NCBI GenBank assembly: GCA_024639325.1
Contig: JAHEIO010000002.1
Location: 24,132-88,131 of the forward strand
Source: Gammaproteobacteria bacterium
Lineage (GTDB): Bacteria; Pseudomonadota; Gammaproteobacteria; Arenicellales; JAANXG01
DNA length: 64,000 nt
Reading direction: 5' to 3'
This document shows positions 29,334-38,487 of the stretch, piece by piece; the first letter of the stretch is position 1; each line of letters starts with the position of its first letter. Position numbers and translations under genes: made by a program. Below the pieces are notes generated by a model. It did not search any database. It saw only the letters and a list, made by a program, of their open reading frames with translations, and was not told the DNA's origin.

Positions 29334-30440
29334 ATGCAGGCTAATTTTATCCGCGCCGGTTTACTGTTTTTTCTAGCGACCATCGCGTTCTGCTGTGCGG
29401 CGGATGAGAACGCCGGCGCCACCGACTTTCGCCCCAGTCTGCTCGAGGACGAGTGGTACAGCGAAGGGTGGGATCAGATTTTCTATTTCGAAGACGGAAC
29501 ATTACTCGTTTCCCAGATAACGATATTGAACATCGGATTTGGCAGCCATCATGCCGGTGTATTCACCATGCTCGTGGCCCCTGGCGGCGGCAAGACGATC
29601 ATCAAGCAGAGCCGTTCGAACCGGGACTGGGAATTCTCCGAAAGTTCACTTGATTTGGAAATAGCGAAACACCGCTTGCGCGGCCAATCGCCGGTTTATC
29701 GTGTACTGATTCGTCAGAAATCGGATGAGGTGGATGTCACATTCAACTCTATTACCGCGGCCTGGCCCCTGGGTAGAACGCTGGAAATCGAAGAAGCTTA
29801 TCAGTATGTGAGCTTCTATGCGCCGCTGGCCGAAGCCGAAGGCCGCTACAAGCTGGGGGCGGGCGATGAGTCAGAAGGCTCGGAATGGAACAAGCTGCAG
29901 GGCGGCCGCGGTTTTGCCGTGCGCTATGTAAACTCGACCGGCCTGCACGACCTTATACGCAGTTCAACGCGGATCGTCGACCTGGAGCATTCCGCTGTTA
30001 GCCCCGTTATATACACATCCGTGGACGTCGATGGCGGCGTGCAGGTCCATCTTGCGCTGTTCCAGAACGGTCAATTGTTGCACGAAAGCGGAGATTTCGA
30101 TCTGCAAACAAAGGGCAGGATAGAGACCGCGGACAAGGACACGCGGAACATTCCTGATGGGTTTGCAGTCAATATCGAGGAGGATGAATTCGCTCTAACG
30201 GGAACCGTAGAAATTGAAAGGTTCCTTGCCCGTGTGGATCCCGTTGATTCATTGAAACCTTTTGTACGGACGATTGTAAAACTGTTGAATACGCCAATTC
30301 AGTATAGATATCTGGCAAAGTATGACCTGGACTATACGCAGGGCGGCCGAAAGAGCAGACTCCAGGGGCGGGCCTTGATGGATCATATGGTGCTTAGATA
30401 CCAGAGAAAACCCGAAAACGGCACAAATAACACGCGATAA
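29334..30440 (+). CDS. Secreted protein of unknown function (signal peptide)
   Basis: 368 aa with an N-terminal MQANFIRAGLLFFLATIAFCCAADE signal-like sequence and no recognised catalytic motif. It lies immediately upstream of the MMPL gene. Confidence 0.6.
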   Translation: MQANFIRAGLLFFLATIAFCCAADENAGATDFRPSLLEDEWYSEGWDQIFYFEDGTLLVSQITILNIGFGSHHAGVFTMLVAPGGGKTIIKQSRSNRDWEFSESSLDLEIAKHRLRGQSPVYRVLIRQKSDEVDVTFNSITAAWPLGRTLEIEEAYQYVSFYAPLAEAEGRYKLGAGDESEGSEWNKLQGGRGFAVRYVNSTGLHDLIRSSTRIVDLEHSAVSPVIYTSVDVDGGVQVHLALFQNGQLLHESGDFDLQTKGRIETADKDTRNIPDGFAVNIEEDEFALTGTVEIERFLARVDPVDSLKPFVRTIVKLLNTPIQYRYLAKYDLDYTQGGRKSRLQGRALMDHMVLRYQRKPENGTNNTR

Positions 30441-30450
30441 ATGCGGGTGG

Positions 30451-32961
30451 ATGGCTGAAGCAGGCGCGGCAACGGTTTTGGAAGCGGGCGCGGACGACCC
30501 GCCCAAACCTCGTATTCCCGAAAAGCACGTCACCTTCCTCGATCACTGGATTTCATTCCTGATCGCTGCCTACATTCCCTTTCTGCTGGTCGCCGGTGTG
30601 CTCAGTTACTTCAGTTTTGAGATCGCTAAAGGTCTCAAGCTGGATGCTAACATCACATCGCTGATGCCCGACGGCGTGCCCAGTGTCGACAATCTTAAAA
30701 CCGTCATCGATAAAACCGGCGGGTACAACAACGCGATGATACTTGTGGAATCACCGGATCCGGAAATCGCGTTTCGCTATCTCGATGATCTGGGCGCAAG
30801 GATCAGGCAAGAGGACTGGGTTACCAGCGCCGAGTACTCAGAGAACACTGCGATATTCGAACGCAACAAGCTGATTTATGTCGATCAGGAGGATTTGCAG
30901 GAAATGGACCGGCGCCTGGCTGAGCGCATGGAATTCGAGAAAAAGAACCTCGACTTCAGTGTCGATGGGATCCCGGTGGAAGTCACTATCCGTGATGCAC
31001 CCAGAACCCGTCCGGCACTCGAGTTCGAGGACATCGAGTCGAAGTACCGGCGGAAGCAGGCGGGCAGCAGTACCACCAAGTTGTTCACCAGCGAATCTAA
31101 GGATCTGACTATCCTGGTTGTGTTTCCCCAAGGAGGCACCACCAATGTTAAGTACTCCAGAAAAATTATCCGGGATCTCGAGGCGATCATCGCAGAGTCC
31201 GACGCTCAGTCGTACCATCCGGAACTGCGCGTAACGATTGGTGGAAGGATCGCAAATCGCGTTGCCAGCTTCGACTCCATCATGAGCGATGTCAAAGATA
31301 GCGGCTTGTGGTCGATTCTCGCCATATTCCTGGTGGTCGTGCTGTTTTATCGCCGTCTCATGGCAATCTTCTACATCGGGTTGCCGCTCAGCGTCGGATT
31401 TCTGCTCACATTTGCATTGACCAAACTGGTACTGGGCGGGCTCAATCTGGTCACGGTTTTTCTGGTGCTAATTCTGTTCGGACTGGGCATCGACTTCGGA
31501 ATCCACAATCTGGCCCGGTATGACGAAGTTAGAAAGAGCGGCGCCAATATGAGGACCGCGCTCAGAACGATCTACGCGAAAACCGGCCAAGCCTCGCTGC
31601 TGGCGGGGATCACCACGACATGCGGTTTTTATTCCCTGATGTTGACCAACTTCAAGGCGTTCTCGGAGTTTGGCTTCATCGCGGGCAGCGGTATTGTGCT
31701 GACCTTGTTCACGATGTACGTGTTTTTTCCGGCGCTGATGATTTTCGCCGAGAAAATCAGATTGTATCGACCGCCTCGATTCAGTCAGATTCAAAAAAAA
31801 TTAAAGACGCGGCCGTTTCCGGGAGTGGGGCCGATCATGGGCCTTGGAACGGTTTTTGTCTTCGCCGCGTTCTATCTGGCGCCAAATATACAGTTCGAGG
31901 ACGATTTCGGAAAAATAAAGACGAAAGTGCCCGAAATTTCCGAGACCAACGACAAGATAAGGAAAGTGTTTCCCCTGCGCACCGACAAAGCCATGGTGTT
32001 CGTCGAGCAGCTTGAAGACGTGGCGCCGCTGGTGGATGAACTCGAAAAAATCAGGCTCTCCAGGAGCGGTGACGACGTTACCATCGAGAAAGTCAAGTCG
32101 ATCTACAGCGTGGTTCCAAAGTCGGAGGATCAGTACGAGCGTTTGGAGGCCATCGACAGCATTCAACAGAAACTGTTGGAAGCGAGGCGATTGCTCAATG
32201 ATTTCAGTACCGAGAACGATCCGCGAAAACAGGACATCGAAGAAGCACTTCAATATTTCGGCGTGTCGCCGCTGACCGCTCAAGACCTGCCGACCGCGGT
32301 CCAGCGGATGTATACGGGATCGCCGGAGTCGGGCGGATATCTCGTCTATATCTACAACAGCAAAGGCATGTCCAAGCTAGAGAATGCCGAAGCTTTTGTG
32401 AATGACATCCGCGAAATCGAGGCCAATGGTAAAAAGTTCTACCCCGCGACCGAGGCGATGATATTCGTCGACATGATCAACCTGATGAAGCAGGATGCGG
32501 CGCGTGCGATTGGTGTCGTGTTGGCCTCGGTTTTCATCGTTCTTCTGGTTGCGCTCAGGCGACTGAAGCACACCATCGTGGTTATGGTTCCCGTTGTAAT
32601 TGGTATGCTATGGATGCTAGGCCTGATGGTGGCCCTGGACATTCGGCTGAACATTTTCAATATGGTAGTACTGCCCACGGTGCTCGGCATAGGGATCGAT
32701 AACGGCATCCATATTTTTCATCGCTACCAGGAAGAAGGCGGCCGTGTTTTCCACGTTGTCAGAACCACGGGCGGCGCCGCTTTCCTGACCACGCTGACGA
32801 CTATGCTTGGTTTTGCCGGGACGTTGACCGCGTCGAATCAGGGTCTGCAGTCGCTTGGCCTGGTGGCGTGCCTGGGATTGACCTGCTGCATGGTCAGTTC
32901 ACTTACGGTTTTTCCCGCTATCCTGCAGTGGACGGATACTGTCCGTAACGCCAGATCATGA
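30451..32961 (+). CDS. MMPL/RND-superfamily lipid exporter
   Basis: 836 aa with two repeats of a periplasmic loop plus a 5-6 TM bundle (e.g. LILFGLGIDFGIH and VLGIGIDNGIHIFHR), the typical MMPL/HpnN-like architecture. Confidence 0.8.
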   Translation: MAEAGAATVLEAGADDPPKPRIPEKHVTFLDHWISFLIAAYIPFLLVAGVLSYFSFEIAKGLKLDANITSLMPDGVPSVDNLKTVIDKTGGYNNAMILVESPDPEIAFRYLDDLGARIRQEDWVTSAEYSENTAIFERNKLIYVDQEDLQEMDRRLAERMEFEKKNLDFSVDGIPVEVTIRDAPRTRPALEFEDIESKYRRKQAGSSTTKLFTSESKDLTILVVFPQGGTTNVKYSRKIIRDLEAIIAESDAQSYHPELRVTIGGRIANRVASFDSIMSDVKDSGLWSILAIFLVVVLFYRRLMAIFYIGLPLSVGFLLTFALTKLVLGGLNLVTVFLVLILFGLGIDFGIHNLARYDEVRKSGANMRTALRTIYAKTGQASLLAGITTTCGFYSLMLTNFKAFSEFGFIAGSGIVLTLFTMYVFFPALMIFAEKIRLYRPPRFSQIQKKLKTRPFPGVGPIMGLGTVFVFAAFYLAPNIQFEDDFGKIKTKVPEISETNDKIRKVFPLRTDKAMVFVEQLEDVAPLVDELEKIRLSRSGDDVTIEKVKSIYSVVPKSEDQYERLEAIDSIQQKLLEARRLLNDFSTENDPRKQDIEEALQYFGVSPLTAQDLPTAVQRMYTGSPESGGYLVYIYNSKGMSKLENAEAFVNDIREIEANGKKFYPATEAMIFVDMINLMKQDAARAIGVVLASVFIVLLVALRRLKHTIVVMVPVVIGMLWMLGLMVALDIRLNIFNMVVLPTVLGIGIDNGIHIFHRYQEEGGRVFHVVRTTGGAAFLTTLTTMLGFAGTLTASNQGLQSLGLVACLGLTCCMVSSLTVFPAILQWTDTVRNARS

Positions 32962-33765
32962 CGCGGTTTCGAAATCCCGCAGCGGGCGATTGCTGAACTT
33001 GTCCCACGCCGTCTCTTTGTCTGTTTCTCTGGCCAGAATGCTGCCGTCTGGGCGGCGCTCCAGGGTCGGATCGATATAGTATCGGCCGAGCTTTCGGCCG
33101 TCTGCCGGTTCGAACGTATCGCCCAGATATCCCTTTGCGTTCAGATTCAGGATCGTCGCGGGTTCGCCGTCCGCGCCAAACCAGTGCGCGTTGTCCGTAT
33201 ACTCGGTGGTTTTGAAATATTCGTAAGGTGCCAGGATCCGGTCACTGGTTTGCCTCACGGCGAGGGTTCGGTCGTCGATGCGCCGGATCCGCTCGTACTG
33301 CCGAACGTGGGCCTTGCCCTTCAACACGACCTGTGTCGAGACGAGGTTGTGGTGAGCATGCGGCGGCTGACAGGAGTTGGGGGCGACCCACCAGAGCTGC
33401 AGCCGCCAGAGCTTATCAGCGCCGGATCGCGTGATCAGTTTCACCCTTGGGCGGCCATCAGCGAGATCGATCATTCCCTCGTAGATGTCGCGATTGATGT
33501 CGATTTCCTGATAGTACTTGCCAAGCTCCTCTGAAAAGTGCTCGGCGGTGATCTGCTTCGCCTCCAGTCGATTGATCAACTCAACGACCTTTCGGTACAA
33601 CGCACTTTCCGCCGTCGCATCGTTGTCGATGTTCAATAGCTGAAGCAGCCTGGGAACGGCGAAAGGGGAGGCCGCCACCCCGATTCCAATTGCCGCAGAC
33701 AACAGTATGAAGTCACGGCGCTTTACACGATCCATTGCCGGGACGTGATGCACTTGTTCGGTCAT
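32956..33765 (-). CDS. Tat-exported hypothetical protein (possibly cupin-like)
   Basis: Twin-arginine motif MDRVKRRDFILLSAAIGIGVAA and the His-rich segment PPHAHHNLVSTQVVLKG. The start is uncertain: GTG 33801, ATG 33765 or ATG 33735. Confidence 0.55.
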   Translation of the reverse strand: MTEQVHHVPAMDRVKRRDFILLSAAIGIGVAASPFAVPRLLQLLNIDNDATAESALYRKVVELINRLEAKQITAEHFSEELGKYYQEIDINRDIYEGMIDLADGRPRVKLITRSGADKLWRLQLWWVAPNSCQPPHAHHNLVSTQVVLKGKAHVRQYERIRRIDDRTLAVRQTSDRILAPYEYFKTTEYTDNAHWFGADGEPATILNLNAKGYLGDTFEPADGRKLGRYYIDPTLERRPDGSILARETDKETAWDKFSNRPLRDFETAS

Positions 33766-33797
33766 AACGGGACTCTGGAATTCATATGAGCAGTATA

Positions 33798-35033
33798 TCA
33801 CCGCTCATGATTGACGACCGTAGAAACGTGTTTTCTCGAGATTGCCATGGCCATGGCAAAGTGGATACTGATGAACAATATTCCAGCCATGCTAATCCAG
33901 AACAACAGGTGATATCCAAATGGTGTGCCCGTGATCATGGGCGTAATTGACAGCAGAAACACGACGAATGAAAAAGAATCCCGTTTGCCGAGGATCTTCA
34001 GGCTGTCCAGCGCCTTGAACAGCCAGTTGGTCGGCGCTTCGCCCATTTTCTGGCCCAGATCCTGATGCACGGCCGTCATCGTCCCGGGCTGCCGGGTGTC
34101 CACGAGATACCAGGTCATGCCGCCAACCAGCACCAGCATCAACAGCACCATGCTGATGCCGAGCGGAAGCACCCATCCCGCAATCGCGTATTCGTGAGCC
34201 AGGGTGTAGCGTTCATATCCGATGATCAGGCAGACGGCGAACACCACGTATACCAGGTTGTCGCCCACCGTGTCGATCCAGGCGCCCAGCGGAGATGCGC
34301 GGAATGTGCTTCTGGCCAGCTCCCCATCGACCCGATCCAATGCCGCGCACAGTTGGAACAGCGTGCCGCCGATGGCCACGTCGGTCAGCCTGCCCCGGGA
34401 GACGAACCATGCGCTGATGAACCCCACGATGGTTGCCACCAGCGTCATCTGGTTGGGCGTGACGCCGAATTCGCAAAGCACTCGGCTGATAGGAATCGAG
34501 ATCCGCGAGTTCAGGTTGCGTGAAATCGGGCCGGATGTTGATTTGGTTACGTTGGCAAAAATGGCGTCTTTGGCGGCCTTGATATCTTGATGCTCGATCA
34601 CGGGGACGACATAGGCTCCCGTCGGCGAGTCCGGGCGCCAGAGGGGTTCCGGTGCCGAAGACCCGGTTCGTTCCATGCGTGGCGCCGCCGGCACGAATGC
34701 GGGATGTTCACATTCGGAAAGCAATTGCCATACCGGGTTTCCAACGACCACGTTGGCATCGACATGGATATCGGTTTTTTCAATCCGGGTTTGGGAAGTT
34801 TCCCAGCGAATGCCCCTGCCTTTCAGCCGCGGATCATCGCCACATCGGGATCGCGCCGTATCCGCATAGGATCCCGCAACCGAGATTTCGCCGGCGCCCG
34901 CCTGCATGGCGCCCAGGATCAATCGCGTCAGCACCATCACCCCGGCCACCTTCAGAAATGCCGGACTTTCTTCAGGCTCCACATCGGGGAGGTGGATGGT
35001 GACGGTGAACGCTTCCGGTTCAGCTCGATTCAT
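33798..35033 (-). CDS. CDP-alcohol phosphatidyltransferase with degenerate nucleotidyltransferase-like N-terminal domain
   Basis: 411 aa with an intact signature DRVDGELARSTFRASPLGAWIDTVGD (DGxxARx8Gx3Dx3D). The linker TKSTSGPISRNLNSRISIPISR resembles IPCT-DIPPS fusions. The N-domain lacks the GxGxR loop. Confidence 0.8.
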   Translation of the reverse strand: MNRAEPEAFTVTIHLPDVEPEESPAFLKVAGVMVLTRLILGAMQAGAGEISVAGSYADTARSRCGDDPRLKGRGIRWETSQTRIEKTDIHVDANVVVGNPVWQLLSECEHPAFVPAAPRMERTGSSAPEPLWRPDSPTGAYVVPVIEHQDIKAAKDAIFANVTKSTSGPISRNLNSRISIPISRVLCEFGVTPNQMTLVATIVGFISAWFVSRGRLTDVAIGGTLFQLCAALDRVDGELARSTFRASPLGAWIDTVGDNLVYVVFAVCLIIGYERYTLAHEYAIAGWVLPLGISMVLLMLVLVGGMTWYLVDTRQPGTMTAVHQDLGQKMGEAPTNWLFKALDSLKILGKRDSFSFVVFLLSITPMITGTPFGYHLLFWISMAGILFISIHFAMAMAISRKHVSTVVNHER

Positions 35034-36237
35034 ATTGATGCTTCTCGCCGCTCATGGGCAGGTATATGAACCTCATGAGATGGAATGCCAGAGTCAAAAC
35101 GTACCAGACGGTTATCAGTATCAATCCGATCTCCGCATCGCCGAGGATCAGCGCGATGAGCATGCACAACAGGAATGGATTCCGGCGTGCAATGAAGATC
35201 CGGACGGAATAATCGAGCCTGGTATAGTCGTGAAGTTCGTAACCGTACAACCGCTTGTACAGACCGGTGGCGATCTTGTCCGCAAGAAATGACGCTATCA
35301 GTAATGCGTGGATCTGCGCGATCTGATTGGACATATCGAGCAAGGCCCCGCCGCTCAGCGACCATCCGAGGCCGATGTACCATGCCAGCAGATACACGAA
35401 ATCGGAGACATGGTCCAGCAGATCCCCCGACCTGCTGGTCCTCATGGTTACCCTCGCCAGCTTGCCGTCTACGGTATCCAGAAACGCCATGGCAAACCCC
35501 ATGATCGTGGCGACCCAGTAATGACCGGTGAAAAACGGAACTATGGCCCCGAAGGACAAAAGCATGCTGAGCAGGGTGACCTGATTGGGTGTGATCGCAG
35601 TAGGGCTGATCATCCTTACCACCCACCGGGCCGGCAGGTAAAAAACATACTTGGTTATAAAATCGGTGGCGCCTTTGTAAACGGCTGCGAAAGTGATTTT
35701 TTCAGCAAGACGCAAATCTTCGCCGGAGTTCACGGCTATGACGAACGCGCTGACGCGTTTGCGGGTCGCCTGTATGTAGGTGCTGATGTCGGATTCGTGA
35801 ACCAGTTCTGCGGCGTTATCCAAATACCCTGCATGCGTTGTCGCGCCGACAAACCGATTGTCCATGTCGCAGCGGGTGTCCCGACCGGTTTCCTTGAGAT
35901 ACTCCAGAATACGGTTGTCGACCACGACGCCGGCATCGATGACCAGAGCGCGCCCATTGAATGCGGGAATTGAGCGTTCCGTCGAACCCTGGTCTATCTC
36001 CACCGTATCTACCCGTATCTTCGTCCATTTTGAAAAATCCCGCCGGACGAAGTCCTGCAACTGCAGGGGGGAACCACATATGACGCTAGCCTGATCGATG
36101 CCGATCTGAGAAAGCTGGCGCAGCAGCCGCTCCAACAGCGTCATGCCCCACAGGTTTGCCATGGCAAATCGGCCCGTGGCGATCACGTAGGCCCTGGAAA
36201 CACCTCTCGGAATTTCTGAGTTTGATTTGATTATCAT
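35020..36237 (-). CDS. CDP-alcohol phosphatidyltransferase with degenerate nucleotidyltransferase-like N-terminal domain (tandem paralog)
   Basis: Signature DTVDGKLARVTMRTSRSGDLLDHVSD. The start was set at ATG 36237 (MIIKSN...), which forms an ATGA overlap with the upstream flippase stop. The ORF-track extension to 36891 overlaps the flippase gene in another frame. Confidence 0.75.
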   Translation of the reverse strand: MIIKSNSEIPRGVSRAYVIATGRFAMANLWGMTLLERLLRQLSQIGIDQASVICGSPLQLQDFVRRDFSKWTKIRVDTVEIDQGSTERSIPAFNGRALVIDAGVVVDNRILEYLKETGRDTRCDMDNRFVGATTHAGYLDNAAELVHESDISTYIQATRKRVSAFVIAVNSGEDLRLAEKITFAAVYKGATDFITKYVFYLPARWVVRMISPTAITPNQVTLLSMLLSFGAIVPFFTGHYWVATIMGFAMAFLDTVDGKLARVTMRTSRSGDLLDHVSDFVYLLAWYIGLGWSLSGGALLDMSNQIAQIHALLIASFLADKIATGLYKRLYGYELHDYTRLDYSVRIFIARRNPFLLCMLIALILGDAEIGLILITVWYVLTLAFHLMRFIYLPMSGEKHQYESS

Positions 36238-37493
36238 TGGGCTGCCAGGATGCGCCGAACCACCGAACGGCCAAATAGATAAAGCAGTACGAAGTTTACC
36301 AACTGGCCCAGAGGGGCGCCAGTTTGGCCGATCCAGTAAATCATGATGACCGTCGTCGCCAGGCCGGCGATGCCCGCCATGCGCTCCCATATCAACGGCG
36401 CATCTGCCCCGCCTTTCACGACTATTACCGACAACTGGTATTCCGCGAGGCCGTTGAAAATGAACGCGATTGCCAAAATGGCCATTATCGGCCAGGCATC
36501 CGCGTAGGCGTCGCCACCGATCAACCGGACGAGCCACGGGCTGAGGCAAGCCGTTAACAACGGCAGCACGATCATGATCGAATAGTAGAGGCGCCGGTCT
36601 CGGCGGTAGCTCACTGCGTCGAGACCCGCGGCCAGCCTGACCGACAGCGGTCCGGCGAGTATCCTGGCGAGCTGGCTGAGTACCTGTGCCCCCTGCCGCG
36701 CGATGTGGTAACTGGCCATTTGAGCGAGCGGCAGCATGACGGCAATTACGACCCGGTCCAACTGGCGGAAGCCGCGACGGTAGAGCACCCGCTGATAGTC
36801 GGGAAAACAAGCCCTGAGTCGTTTTATCGCGCCGGCCGGGGACAGGGCTTGTAAACTGATGCGCATCAAGATGCTGCGAAGACTCCAGCACGCCAGCAAG
36901 AAGGTAATGAGTACGCCGATCATCAATCCTGCGAACAGGTAATCGACGCCCAGGGCCAGATACAGCAGGAAGGCAAACAGTTTTTCACTCGTTGCTGATC
37001 CCGAGTCGAGTAAAGAATCCAGCCAATACTGCTGCCGGGCGAAAAAAACCGGCGTCAGGATGTACTGGAAGTTTTTCAGCAGAACATGCGTGAAGACGAA
37101 CGGTAGGGCCATCTTAACGTTGATTTCAGGCGCGGCGGCCTGCAGTTCGTCCAGGAATAAATAGCCAAGAACCAGCAGCAGCGCAACAAATCCAATAGTT
37201 GCAGACAGCCGGATCAGCGTCGCCGGCCCGATGACCTTCTCCACGGCTTCTTCGCTCAGGCCCTGATCGATGAGTGGTGTGGCTTCCCGTATGACCTGAA
37301 AATGCAGGCCAAAGTCCAGCAACACCTTGGTCAGCATTACGATTGCGGCATGAACTCCGATCAGGCCCAGCACGGGTTTCGGCAGCTCGCGCGCGAAGTA
37401 AGCCAGAAACAGCAGCGACACCACCGCAACGGCGGCCCGGCTGATTACGATCTCGATAGCGGCGTGCAGTAGGCTTTTATGTTTGGCCTGCAT
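36234..37493 (-). CDS. MOP-superfamily (Wzx-like) polysaccharide/lipid flippase
   Basis: 419 aa, highly hydrophobic with about 12 predicted TM segments, and a general resemblance to polysaccharide biosynthesis (Wzx) transporters. Confidence 0.55.
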   Translation of the reverse strand: MQAKHKSLLHAAIEIVISRAAVAVVSLLFLAYFARELPKPVLGLIGVHAAIVMLTKVLLDFGLHFQVIREATPLIDQGLSEEAVEKVIGPATLIRLSATIGFVALLLVLGYLFLDELQAAAPEINVKMALPFVFTHVLLKNFQYILTPVFFARQQYWLDSLLDSGSATSEKLFAFLLYLALGVDYLFAGLMIGVLITFLLACWSLRSILMRISLQALSPAGAIKRLRACFPDYQRVLYRRGFRQLDRVVIAVMLPLAQMASYHIARQGAQVLSQLARILAGPLSVRLAAGLDAVSYRRDRRLYYSIMIVLPLLTACLSPWLVRLIGGDAYADAWPIMAILAIAFIFNGLAEYQLSVIVVKGGADAPLIWERMAGIAGLATTVIMIYWIGQTGAPLGQLVNFVLLYLFGRSVVRRILAAQ

Positions 37494-37565
37494 GGATCTA
37501 ACACACCCGACGGTCGCTGTGCCGGTCCGGATTCCGGCACCGTCCGAGTACAGAAAAGGTATCGC

Positions 37566-38351
37566 CTAGGAAGCGACCAGCGACAAATTTGAATTCGCCA
37601 GTTTTGAATTCGATTGGCGGACCCAGTTCGAAACCATGGTTTCGGCTTGTGTCCTGTCGACGGGAAAATCCACCTCACACCAGTCCAGTCCCTCGATCGA
37701 GCGAACCTCTACCCGGTTTGTCTGGGCGATGGCACCAATCGCGGACAGATACCAGATGTCAAGCGCGCCATCCGACCTCATCAGCTCGTTCAGCGTGTCG
37801 ACGAAAATACCGGGTCCTTTCCCGTGGAAATAGATCATTCCGATGGACTCGCCGCCGATCCGGTCTGTTGTCAGGTTTTTTCCGATCTCCAGAAGAGTGC
37901 TTCCATCGAGGTGGACCTTCATGTCGTCCTCATCGTAGTGGTCTTTCTTGTCGATGGCCAGAGTAATTGGTGCGGCGGGTTCGTTGAGCAGCCGCCTCAG
38001 TATGTGATAGTGGAAGATTGTGTCACCGTTGATCAACACGAAGTCCGCATCCATGACCCGTCGTGCCATCCAGCAGCTCACAAGATTGTCGGCTACCGCA
38101 TAGAACGGGTTGAATATAGCGTTGATCGTGCATCCTTTATAGACCAGCCTCAACTCGGCAATTTCGTCCTGCAGCACCCGCGCCTTGAATCCGGTGATTA
38201 CGTATATCTCGTTTATGCCGCACTTCGTGAGTTGAGATACCTGCCAGTCCAGCATGCTCCTGCCGGACAGCGCGATCGTCGATTTGGGCCGATCCGACGT
38301 CAACGGCAGCAGACGCTTGCCCTGACCGGCGCCTAGAATAATAGCTTTCAA
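37566..38351 (-). CDS. Nucleotidyltransferase (sugar/alcohol-phosphate cytidylyl- or nucleotidylyl-transferase)
   Basis: 261 aa with N-terminal MKAIILGAGQGKRLLPLTSDRPKSTIAL (GxGxR + PK motif) of the NTP_transferase fold. Confidence 0.8.
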   Translation of the reverse strand: MKAIILGAGQGKRLLPLTSDRPKSTIALSGRSMLDWQVSQLTKCGINEIYVITGFKARVLQDEIAELRLVYKGCTINAIFNPFYAVADNLVSCWMARRVMDADFVLINGDTIFHYHILRRLLNEPAAPITLAIDKKDHYDEDDMKVHLDGSTLLEIGKNLTTDRIGGESIGMIYFHGKGPGIFVDTLNELMRSDGALDIWYLSAIGAIAQTNRVEVRSIEGLDWCEVDFPVDRTQAETMVSNWVRQSNSKLANSNLSLVAS

Positions 38352-38487
38352 TATTCGTCCCCGAAATAGTAATAGTTATACGCCGTGCTTTATAGCAATT
38401 CACTCTGAAAGTTGCAAAGCGACGGCGCCGGTTCGCGCGGTATGACAAGCGATTGGCGTCAAAAGGCAATAAATTCGAGAATCCGGG

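Noticed and set aside
36238-36891. N-terminal 218-codon extension of ORF 35020-36891
   Set aside because: It overlaps the 3' part of the flippase gene in a different frame and translates to Arg/Pro/Gly-rich nonsense. ATG 36237 gives an ATGA coupling overlap and a sensible protein.
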